Shown piece by piece: positions 48,724 to 58,519 of a stretch of 64,000 nt of DNA. A model generated the notes under the pieces. The model ran no database searches. It had not been told where the DNA came from and saw only the letters and a list, made by a program, of their open reading frames with translations. Position 1 is the first letter of the stretch; every line of letters starts with the position of its first letter. The position numbers and the translations under genes are program-made. The stretch comes from Minutocellus sp. GHC0000111 (taxonomy: Eukaryota). The stretch lies in the NCBI GenBank assembly GCA_977018835.1, contig OZ361256.1, forward strand, positions 2,170,001-2,234,000, written 5' to 3'.

Positions 48724-49118
48724 ATTACAGTGGCGACAGCAATCTCAATCGCCCGCATGCTTACTTACTTATGTTCTGTATATTCGTACCAAGACATTCT
48801 GCTTAAATCATGTTTGTTTGGGACTTGAATAGCATAGCAATCCTAAAGTTTATTATAAATATATATGTATATAATACATATGTGTGTAAAGTCCGATTGT
48901 CTACGCCCTTTCTTTGCATTTATGAGTTACCGTAATCCACGTAGATCTACAGTAGCTTACCGTGATTACCACAGAAAACCTACAGGTTTTACCTTTTCGT
49001 AAAGGCATTTTCAGGGGCACGTTGGCGGTATAAGGGCAGGCTTTTGAGGTCTCAAACAAGCATGTCAACTATGCTTATGTTTGGCGACGGATTGTGCTAC
49101 GTACCGGCACAAGCATTA

Positions 49119-49324
49119 GGAAGGGTGGTACACGTACTCCCCAGGTGATAATTTGTCGTCCCAGGTGACAATTTGGTTGATTCGCTCTTTGGTTGATTCA
49201 GCCTTGATATCTTTTACACTGGCACAGAGAGTGCAAGACTTCCCATGAAAATTCTGAATCAAAAGTCGAATCAACCAAATTATCACCTGGCGGCGATTTA
49301 TCAGCTGGAGAATACCACCCTTCC
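49119..49324. mobile_element. ~206-bp MITE with long imperfect TIRs and TA flanks
   Basis: Left ggaagggtggta..ccaggtgacaatttggttgattcg; right cgaatcaaccaaattatcacctgg..taccacccttcc; TA at 49117-18 and 49325-26. Confidence 0.75.
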
Positions 49325-49926
49325 TACCTCTAGCTACATGTAGCTAGAGCTCCTAGGTACCTTCGACCGGCGCACACAAAAATAATAGTGCATTTCCAGG
49401 CCTGTAGAGAGATGAATAGTTCTAAAAAATTGTGCATTCTCATAACACTTAACACCATGAAGTAAGTTCGAAAGTAAATCATGAGAAGTGCTACCCTTAC
49501 TTTCTGACTTGAGGCCACTTTCCGTAACTCAACGCCGCGTTTCTGTCAAATCCATCCGAAATGCTCCGAAAAAGACCGCGTCGAGGCGCAAGCAAAGTAA
49601 GAGGCCTCAAAAGAACACGGCCTTGCTTGATTTTTTCGAAGGAATTCGTTTCTTTTGAGTACTTCCACATACTACTCGCAGGCAACTGCCATCCAAACGC
49701 CAAGGGGCAAAACACAGTTCGCAGTAAGAAGCTCACCGCTTCAAAGCTACGTAGCTACCCTACCTAGCTAGGTACATGCACTAGTAGTAGCTAGCTATAG
49801 ACTGCTGTCGCCAATCAACTCGATCTTTGCCTTGCCCTGCCCTCTTTGCCATCGTTATCGTCGTCGTTACGCGCATTATTATTTATTTGGGCTCGTCGTG
49901 ACAAAGTTTTTTCGACGACGAGTGTG

Positions 49927-51015
49927 ATGAGTTCATTCGGATAACAACCTCCAGAAGATGAGGACAAAGATAACAAACCTCTGGCCGCACCAGCACTAGC
50001 ACCAACACATCTTGAAGACGATGCCGACGATCTATTGCCCAGTCCACGACGAAGGGCACTGGACAGCTTCGAACCACTATTGTCAATGCCATCTTTTGAC
50101 GATCACCACCACTTCCTCGTCGACGATGACAATAAAGCAACCAACTACATGTATCATAACACAATGATCCATGGCCGGGTCAAACACGACGACATCACCG
50201 CCGCTAACAATGACAATGCAAGCAGATCGGCATCTTCTCTGTCCAGGAGAAAAACTTCCAACAACTCTTCGTCTACGGCTGGTGATGACGACCACAACAG
50301 CACTGACTCTGGCATCCTCCAGGACGGCCTACCGATGCCAATGGCCGATCCTGACGATGAAATCATGGGCTTCAGCTTGACTATATGCTTCGTCCGTCAG
50401 CAGCTGGAATTCTTCCTTGCCGACCAGAAGGATGCCAACGCTCGCCGCAAGAAGGGAGGCGTCTCCGGCAACATCCAAATAGGCAGCTTGGGGTTCCGAT
50501 GCATTCATTGCAAGCATTTGCCACCTACTGAGCGAGCTCCGTCCGCAGATGCCTATCCCAACCAGGTTCAGCTCATCTACCAGGCGGTGCGAAACTTCCA
50601 GCGTCACCACCTTCTCAAGTGCCGGTCCGTGCCACAACATCTTAAGGATCAATATCAGACCATACCCCGAAGACGAAAGTCCAAGAGACAGGTCCACAAG
50701 CACACTGATCCATGGGTGTACAGCGCCAACAGAAAAGGGATTTTAAATGTGGAGGATGATACGTCTAAGGGTGGTTACCGAATTGCTTACTCGCCACCAA
50801 CTGTGATGTCTAGTAGCAACACCACAACCAGCATTAGCAGCACTAGTACAGGTGAGGCAGCTACCGCATCGTCGTCGTCATCATCGTCGTCGTCCTTTGT
50901 GGTGATGTCGTCGTCCTACTATGGTACCTACCAGCCGGATCGTGCCATCAGCACACTTGCACCATCCCCTATTCAAGTGAAAGAACCGAGGTGGAAGAAG
51001 CCGCGATGTTCGTGA
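49927..51015 (+). CDS. Diatom-type Cys/His domain protein (GFRCIHC..YP..IYQAVRNFQRHH..C); in-frame TAA at 49942-49944
   Basis: ATG 49927 is in frame with ORF 50035-51015 but is interrupted after 5 codons. Downstream ATGs could be used instead. Confidence 0.6.
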
Positions 51016-51553
51016 AATACTCAGTACCTAGCTAGCTAGCTAGCTACGTAGTAGGTACGTGTCGCAAACTCGCTACACATCGATTACTACGAGCTCGGAT
51101 CAAGATACGAGGGACGTTTGTTCTGTAACGAGGTCCCGAGGGCACAAATGACGAAGTAATTTGCCCGAGGGTCGTTACATGTAGTAATAACATCTACATT
51201 TATTTCAGCATGCCAATTTGATAAGCTTCGAGGAACTCCCATGTTACAAATTGTCATGTACTCGTACTACATGTAGTGGATCTAGACCTACCTAGGTACG
51301 TAGTACTCTCGAATGTATTTTTTTGTCAACAAGAGTGTGTGAGGACCATGTCTTCAAAACAAAATGCCAAAAAATATAATCAAGTACATGTATCTCAGCA
51401 TGTAAGTAAAATCTTCGTAAGCGTATTATCGAATTGTCATCTTGAAGAGATAAGATCAATAGGTTTTTGAGATAGATCTACATGTAATGAGTAGAATGGA
51501 AATGAATTCACACACTGTTGTCTCCATGCATCCATTAGATTTGTATTGTGCTG

Positions 51554-51554
<1 letters not shown>

Positions 51555-51585
<31 letters not shown>

Positions 51586-51604
51586 GACACACACAGACAC
51601 ACAT
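51555..51604. repeat. (TC)n(CA)n compound microsatellite
   Basis: Directly visible. Confidence 0.9.
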
Positions 51605-51694
51605 AAACTACTATAATATATCCAATGGCAATACCGGTAGGAGGGTATCACACAAGAGTGTCTATCTAGTGTTAGCTGACCTTGGCGATCCGGA

Positions 51695-51702
<8 letters not shown>

Positions 51703-51770
<68 letters not shown>
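51703..51770. repeat. (TA)34 microsatellite
   Basis: Directly visible. Confidence 0.95.
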
Positions 51771-51774
<4 letters not shown>

Positions 51775-51793
51775 AGTCCCAAAATGCGCACTG

Positions 51794-51914
51794 TCCCAGT
51801 TCGCGAACTGGGATCCCAGTTTGCGAACTAGGATTTATTTATCCCTACTCGGATTTATTTATCCCAGTTTGCAAACTGGGATCATAGGCACAATCTCAGT
51901 TTGCAAACTGGGAT
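51794..51914. repeat. Array of four ~22-bp palindromes, consensus ATCCCAGTTTGCAAACTGGGAT
   Basis: Copies at ~51794, 51813, 51861 (perfect) and 51893. Confidence 0.85.
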
Positions 51915-52145
51915 CAATCGAGAAATAATGAATGTTTAGCAAGGATGATATCGCCTTTGCTTCTCCTCGCTTCATTTTTTCATAGTGAAGCAACACAGCC
52001 CAAACCTGGTCCAGACGTCCAGACGACATTAGTGCCGGAGCTGATACTCAATAAATTGGCATTAGCTGACACTAAATACATATAGTGAATAAATAATAAT
52101 ATCTAGCTAGCTGCTTCTGGTATATTATATATATATATATATATA

Positions 52146-52470
52146 TGTAACGGGCGAAGATCCCCAATTGGTGCCTACAGGCGTTATCAATTGGGTGGCA
52201 GCGGTCGAGTTGTACTCTGCTTGCTTGGCGGTAATCTATTACATCGATGGGTCAGCTGGGACAGCGGGCCCGCTTGGTTGAGCTTGCTCCCAGTGGGATG
52301 GTCTGTTCGTCATTGGTAGCAGTTCGCTGGGATTTGACCGTTGGGATTCGTTCCAACGATCACCTAACTAGCCTAGCTAGTAGCTAGCTACGTAGTAGGA
52401 ATTCCTACTACGTAGCTAGTGACATTCTTTGCTGATTTGTAATATATATTATATATATTACAAATCAACA
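52146..52470. mobile_element. Possible solo-LTR-like insert (TGT...ACA) between (TA)n tracts
   Basis: Starts tgtaacggg right after (TA)n and ends atcaaca before (TA)n; contains a perfect 36-bp palindrome at 52384-52419. Confidence 0.35.
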
Positions 52471-52645
52471 TATATATAAGTAAAATCCACGTAAACGTTT
52501 ACGAACAGACCATTCATGCTGGGAACAAAGCTCAACCATGCTCGCTAAAATATGAAGTCCAATTGTCTATGCTGTTTCTTTGCATTCGTATTCATTTCAT
52601 TGATGCACGTAGATCTACAGTAGGAGGGTATTGCATAAGAGTAGC

Positions 52646-53881
52646 TCACCCCTTCCACCGCTTCACGTCAGTGTCTCTACTATTAGCGCGCCAAAAATAA
52701 AGTACAGCACAGAGCGAAATAAATCCCAATGCTGCAATATTTGCCGCCCAGCTCAGCCCAAGGGATCGAAATGCCACGGGAAAACCACTTGCTTCGCTGA
52801 TATCCTGATAAGGCTGCATTCCTGAGAGAGATAATGCCGCCAGTATATAGATGGCGGAGACTCCTGCAATTGTCAAGAGCACCGACGGTGCAAGATCTCG
52901 TTTTGGATCAACAGACTCACCAGCTAGACAGACGACTTCATCAAAACCTAGGAGGCCAAAGAACGCGCTTGTGCTACCGCGAAATATTCCCGCCACTCCA
53001 AATGTTGGTGGGAAAAAGGGGGCCCAATTTTGTTGTCGAGAATGAGCAAACCCTACGATAATCATAAATGCAACCAATGCCAACTTGAAAATTGTGAATG
53101 CATTCACCACGCGCTTGCTCTCCTTTACTCCCGAAAGTAGCGTGATGGTTGCCGCAATGCTCAGCGCGAATGCGAGAGGATTGAGTGATGATTCAGACAA
53201 CACGTCTATCATCCATCGAACAATGCTGCTGCTATCATCGTCAACATGGTTGGCAATAGTTCCCATAACTTTGTCGCCCCAACTTCTGGCGACAGCCGAC
53301 CCACTAACCCCATATTCAAGTGTGAGCAGAGCAGCCGAAATGACTGCGGCAAGTTCGCCAATGGAAACATACGCATATGCATATGTGCTGCCAGGCAATG
53401 GAATCTTCGACGCGAGCTCTGCGTACGAACACCCACTCGCCGCTGCAGCAGCTCCTGATATTGCAAATGAAATCGCAGTGGCAGGACCGGCATAGCTGTG
53501 CGCAATCAGTCCGCAAAGGACGAATATACCTGACCCAACAGTCCCGCCAATACCAATCGAAAGTAGATCCAACAAAGTTAGATGGCGTTGTGGAGAGGAC
53601 ACAACATGATCAGAGGCTGCGGTATCGGCGGATGATCGACCTGGTGATAGCTTGCGGTCGTCATTTTCAAGCCAACTATCCGTTGAATTGTCTCCTTGCT
53701 CTTTGTTTCTGCCAGAGCCTGATGCCAATGGTGCCATCTCGACAGACGCGGGTCCTGCTGCGGTTGTCATGTCCCCTCGTGCTTGCTTCTCAACAACCCA
53801 AAGCGGCTTCCGACACCACGGCCCTTCTCTTGAAGGAGACATGTTATGCTCAGCATTAGTAGAATCACCAGCCTGGTCCAT
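52646..53881 (-). CDS. APC-superfamily cationic amino-acid permease, apparently internally deleted or truncated
   Basis: DLLSIGIGGTVGSGIFVL, AGPA, YAEL, GSTYAYAY, LTLEYGVSGSAVARSW, FFGLLGFDEV, ESVDPKRDL; ends shortly after WAANIAALG. Confidence 0.8.
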   Translation of the reverse strand: MDQAGDSTNAEHNMSPSREGPWCRKPLWVVEKQARGDMTTAAGPASVEMAPLASGSGRNKEQGDNSTDSWLENDDRKLSPGRSSADTAASDHVVSSPQRHLTLLDLLSIGIGGTVGSGIFVLCGLIAHSYAGPATAISFAISGAAAAASGCSYAELASKIPLPGSTYAYAYVSIGELAAVISAALLTLEYGVSGSAVARSWGDKVMGTIANHVDDDSSSIVRWMIDVLSESSLNPLAFALSIAATITLLSGVKESKRVVNAFTIFKLALVAFMIIVGFAHSRQQNWAPFFPPTFGVAGIFRGSTSAFFGLLGFDEVVCLAGESVDPKRDLAPSVLLTIAGVSAIYILAALSLSGMQPYQDISEASGFPVAFRSLGLSWAANIAALGFISLCAVLYFWRANSRDTDVKRWKG

Positions 53882-54391
53882 TTCTTCGTTTCTTTTGCTC
53901 CATCTCCCTGCCTTCCATCATCGATCCAAGAAGTGTTTGAGTTCCATAGCAAGCAAGCCAGCGATTTTTGCATTTCCTGTTGGGAGTTGGGAATACCGAC
54001 GACGGACGGACTTCGAGACGCTGAAGAATGAGAGGCAGTCCAAACAAGAGAGTTTTTGAGGGAAGTGCGAATTTGAGGCAAGTAGGTAATGGTTTTGTGT
54101 ACTTCAAGACGTTGATCAACTTCGATGTTTTTCCAAAAGCACCCGGAGGTCTTCGATGAAATGCCGTTCGCTCCAAGGTCGACAAACGTCTTTGAGAGGG
54201 GCGGAGAAAGAGCCAAGCTCCTCTTTCCGCAGTGAAAATGGGCGGTATCTATCGACGGAGTCCGCCCATCACGCTCTCCTTCAAAAGGTTGAGCCATTTA
54301 TCTCGGGCCCGCCCGGCATCGGGCTTTGCATCCTTGCCCGGCCTTCTGTGCACCGTATCTTGTGCGTCTGCTACCAGAGGCCGCCGCCGTC

Positions 54392-54835
54392 ATGGCAAAC
54401 ACGCGGACAGAGGCGTCAGAGGCGGCCGCCGCTTTCGCTTCCGCAGCAGCGGGCGGTGCTACCGCCGCATCCGATGCCGACGAGGATGGTTTGACCATCC
54501 TTTCATTCAACTATTCAGTCAACAAGTTTGAACCTGTCCGATGTAGCATGTGCTCTACTTCTACCCTCACTGAGAACATCTGCCGCTTCATCGTGCCACA
54601 AAGTACTGTTGCTTACCGCCCAGGCCCCCATCACCTCGACCGCATCTGCGGCATCGCCTTTTGCGTCGAGTGTATGAATGGATGGTCGGACATCAACCCC
54701 GACAGTAACCGAACTCGATGCCGCAACCATCTTCCCAGTTCCCTTTCCAACAGTAGTTCACGCGCGGGGGTGGCGGCATTGCTGAAAAATGACGGCAAAG
54801 CTAAATTTATAAAATACGTGCTCATAACCTGTTAG
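54392..54835 (+). CDS. Harbinger accessory ORF, Cys/His-rich putative zinc finger
   Basis: CSMC..ICRF..ICGIAFCVEC..RCRNH, inside the TIRs; possible unrecognised intron at 3' end. Confidence 0.55.
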   Translation: MANTRTEASEAAAAFASAAAGGATAASDADEDGLTILSFNYSVNKFEPVRCSMCSTSTLTENICRFIVPQSTVAYRPGPHHLDRICGIAFCVECMNGWSDINPDSNRTRCRNHLPSSLSNSSSRAGVAALLKNDGKAKFIKYVLITC

Positions 54836-54974
54836 AGGTACATGTAATGTAGATTTCCACAAGCTCTGTTACTACTTTATTGTTCTATTTTCTAAATCAT
54901 TTTCAATCTGTTTTTACATCAATAATTTATCTAAAATTAGTTCCTACGAGATGGTCGACGAAGGCCGCTTTGCG

Positions 54975-56369
54975 CTACCTCCTCGACTCCTCGACCATCA
55001 GATCCATCGGCGTCATCTCGTCCTCGCCGACGACAACCGGCCGCCGTCCTCCGGAAAGGTCGGTGAAGTGATGGCCATGGCCAAGCAGTTGGGCAGGCCG
55101 GCCATGGCGATCCAGCTCCACCACCTCACCAGACTGACCTCTAACCCTTCTTGCCGCCCTTTCATGAATTCTTGCAATGTCTCTCGTCGTGCTTCCTGGC
55201 ACGTTCCTACCATTGTTGTCGATGCAAAAGTTGTGCAACCGTAAGAGAGCCATTGTGAGTGCACCTACCTTTCGAACGGGGCAACCGAGGGGTCGACGAA
55301 GTATTCCCCAGCGATGAATGAGAATTCCAAATGCTCTTTCGATTGTTATGCGAAGCTGAGAGAGGAAGAAATTATAGTCGTCTTTTGGTGATTCCACTAT
55401 TCCAGGAAATGGAACAGCCATCCAATGAGTCTTCACGAAGGCATTATCACCAACCAAAGTGTATCCTGGTTTTGCACGCACACTCGAAGAGCCATTTCTC
55501 CGCCAACCAACAACCGATTCCGTGGCGCCATCGCCACCATTTCGCCCATCTTCAAGCGCTGCCGGTAACTCTGATGTGGTGAATGCCAAGTAGTCCGATG
55601 ATCTTCCAGGCTGGGACACATCGGCCCATCGAAATCGACACTCGTGATCGCATATAGCAAGTAGTACAAGTCCATACTTGTCTTTCCTAGAGCAGTGGAA
55701 ATTCTTCTGACCTACTCCAATGTCTCCGCAGCTGCCTTTATCGGGCAAATCAATTGTAACAAGCATTGCATCAATAGCACCAATAACATTGTCGAATCCA
55801 ACTCTACTTTTTTCAAGAAAACCAGCAGCAATGTCTTCCTGCTCGGCAATGGAAGGAAATGGTGCACTGTCGGCATTGAGTGCAAGATCATCGCTCTGAT
55901 TAATGACGTCTACGATGCCCCATATGGATTGATATATGGTCGATCGTCCCATGCCGTGAGTAAGGATGAGATCGTACACGGCCGCGCCGGCGAAGTATCG
56001 TATGGCGCAACTTAGCCGAAGCTTGGTTGACACCAAACCGTTGGGAGCGAGTTGACCCTCAGTGGCATCGCCAGCCTTTCGAGAACTGAACTTTGCAGCA
56101 ATGTCAGCCTCGAGAACATCATGGAGATGGTAAAAGACATTGGGGTCCATTCGCAATGCCTTTCTTGCGCTGATGCCGAGCTCGAGAATCATCTTCTCAA
56201 CGCTTTTCCGAACTCTTGGTATGTTTTTACAACCAAGTTTCGAACCGAGATGTTCCACTTCTTCCTCATCAAGAACGATTACAAGCGTTGCAAGATGAGA
56301 GAATCGATCATTTTGTCTATCACGAGCAAATGAGGTACGGCGACGTCGAGAACGAGGAGGTCTCGCCAT
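54975..56369 (-). CDS. Harbinger transposase (DDE_Tnp_4 / HARBI1-like)
   Basis: GAID, KDKYGL..AICD, GDNAF, YNFFLSQLRITIERAFGILIHRWGIL, LHNFCI; uninterrupted ORF (could extend to 56453). Confidence 0.93.
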   Translation of the reverse strand: MARPPRSRRRRTSFARDRQNDRFSHLATLVIVLDEEEVEHLGSKLGCKNIPRVRKSVEKMILELGISARKALRMDPNVFYHLHDVLEADIAAKFSSRKAGDATEGQLAPNGLVSTKLRLSCAIRYFAGAAVYDLILTHGMGRSTIYQSIWGIVDVINQSDDLALNADSAPFPSIAEQEDIAAGFLEKSRVGFDNVIGAIDAMLVTIDLPDKGSCGDIGVGQKNFHCSRKDKYGLVLLAICDHECRFRWADVSQPGRSSDYLAFTTSELPAALEDGRNGGDGATESVVGWRRNGSSSVRAKPGYTLVGDNAFVKTHWMAVPFPGIVESPKDDYNFFLSQLRITIERAFGILIHRWGILRRPLGCPVRKVGALTMALLRLHNFCIDNNGRNVPGSTTRDIARIHERAARRVRGQSGEVVELDRHGRPAQLLGHGHHFTDLSGGRRPVVVGEDEMTPMDLMVEESRR

Positions 56370-56889
56370 CGTTGGCACAACTACACGTAGCGGACGGGCA
56401 AACGTGTTGTGCTGACTGCTCGAACACGAGAATAATGGCTGATTGTTGTGCATCTTGCTTCAAAATATAACTAGATGTACACATATTATCATACTATCTA
56501 TCTGGTACATGCATCCAACGCCTGGCATCATCGTCTCCGCGATCGGTTTGCCCAGTGTCTGGCCAAGCACTTCGTTTTTTATCCTTGCCTCTTTTTCGTT
56601 TCGGCCTTGATCGCTTTGGACGGGCTTTTTCCCTCTCGAATTTCCAAGGAAGTTTTCTGACGTGGCTGTTTTTCGCTTCCCTCAAAAACTCTCTTGTTTG
56701 GACTGCCTCTGAGGCGAGGAACACGGCGTCAAGTACGCACGCAGGAGGACCTTGTTGGTATCTTCCATTGCGACCACCGAAGCTCATCAGTTGTGTCAAG
56801 TCACAAAAAGTACATACTTGCTTGCCCAGTATCTTCAAAGGTCATTATTCAATTTTGCGACCAATTGTGCATTCTTTTCTAACTTCATC

Positions 56890-58461
56890 ATGAAGCTCAG
56901 CATCGTCCTGGCCAGCGGCCTTCTCGCGACGGTCGCGTCGGCGTTCCAGCTTGCCCCTCATTCTGCGTCGCATCATGCGGCAAGAGTTCAGCCCCTTTCG
57001 TCGATGGCCACCGCAACGGTCAACATTCAAGAGAATGCCCAAAGAGACGTATTTTCGATGGAGCAGTGGGCTAGAAATTGTGGCGTCCAGACCTGCGAGG
57101 GGTTCCAGCTCACCTCTCAGGATGGCATGGATTACAGCGTGGTAACGAACCAGGATTTGCCGGCCGGATCTCCCGTTCTGTTCGCACCGGCACAAATGAT
57201 TTTGTCTTCGTCGGCAATCCAGGATGAGATGGGCGGAAATTTGGAGGCATCGGAGAATGCTCTGGCCAATTTGGGCGAGGCCAATCGACTTCCCCTGTTC
57301 CGTCTCATGGTGAAGATTTTGGTGGAGTATGAGAACGGAGATCAGTCACCTTATTTTCCCTGGTTGAATTCTCTCCCCCGTCTCTTCTTCAATGGTGTTG
57401 CCATGACCGATGCGTGTTTTGATTGCCTGCCTCCGTACGTCTCGTGGTTGTCCCAGAAGGAGCGAAACAACTACACGAAATTTCTTAATGCTCTCCGCAA
57501 GGGCTATTCTCCTCTCAGTCAACAGACGATAGACAACGACCAATTGATCAAGTGGGCTTACAATGTGGCACTCACTCGACACCAAGTCGTCATTGCTGGA
57601 AAGGAGAAGAAGATTACGCCACTTGCCGATATGGTGCGTGATGGTATTGTGGCTGTTTAGCATGATGCCGCACTTTATACCAAGTCACTAATGTTCATTC
57701 ATTTCTCTCTGTCTCTCATCTCCAGCTCAACCACGGAACGTTCCCCAATTGCGAAATCACCTACGATCCTGAGGGGAACTGCATGGTAACAACTACAACC
57801 GATGTTCCCGCTGGTTCGCCTCTGACAATCACACTAGGCGATCCTTCCAACCCCTCTCCTCTCTTTGCAACCTATGGTTTTCTGGACAATGATTGCCCTA
57901 CTGTATTCTGCAAAGCCAGTGAGTAAAAATCAATTGAATTCCTATCGAGGAGTAGTGTTTGATGCGCGAATATATCTCAAAGTGACGAGATATTTTTCTC
58001 ATATTCCTTATATTATGTATTTGTGCATATCTTGGCAATTCCCTTCGCCCAAATCATCGTGAATAGTGCACCTGCAAGAAGAAATGGAGGAGATGAAACT
58101 TGGATTTAAGGATTTGCTCTTTGCCACGCAGACTGGTGACATTGCGCCGCAAGTGTGGGACCTGTTCCTTTACAAATTGCTCAAGGATGCAAACGACCCC
58201 AATCTTCCAGCATTCTTTGAGGCCTGTACTTCTGGTAATGAAGGTGCGAAGCAGGAATTCCATGGTCAGTACTTTCCGTATACACTCAATTCACTCAAGG
58301 AACATATCAATAACATCATTCAGACGGTGGATAGTCTCTCGATGAAGGCCAACTCCTATGACCTTTCTACCCATCCCCGTGTTCCCGCCATCGTCGCTCA
58401 CAATAATTTGGTGAAAGATACCTTCCTTCGAGTAAAGAATCAGCTCGATGCCATGGGATAA
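56890..58461 (+). CDS. Plastid-targeted SET-domain protein (Rubisco LSMT-like); introns 57634-57725, 57919-58066
   Basis: Signal peptide plus ASAF motif; PWLNSLPR, PLADM-LNH, LGDPSNPSPLFATYGF. Confidence 0.85.
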
Positions 58462-58519
58462 AGTAGCCAAACAGACTATACTGTCGTAAATGTAATTGAT
58501 AGAAAATTTATCGTTAGTG

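Larger units (their letters stand above)
54032..56709. mobile_element. Complete PIF/Harbinger DNA transposon (2678 bp)
   Basis: 34-bp perfect TIRs GAGGCAGTCCAAACAAGAGAGTTTTTGAGGGAAG (54032-54065 / 56676-56709), 3-bp TSD TGA (54029-31 / 56710-12), two convergent ORFs. Confidence 0.95.

Noticed and set aside
51794..51914. CRISPR-like appearance of palindromic repeats
   Set aside because: Spacing irregular and short, spacers themselves repeated, eukaryotic context, no cas genes
51546..51928. Short ORFs with YIYI/SLSL repeats
   Set aside because: Translations of microsatellites
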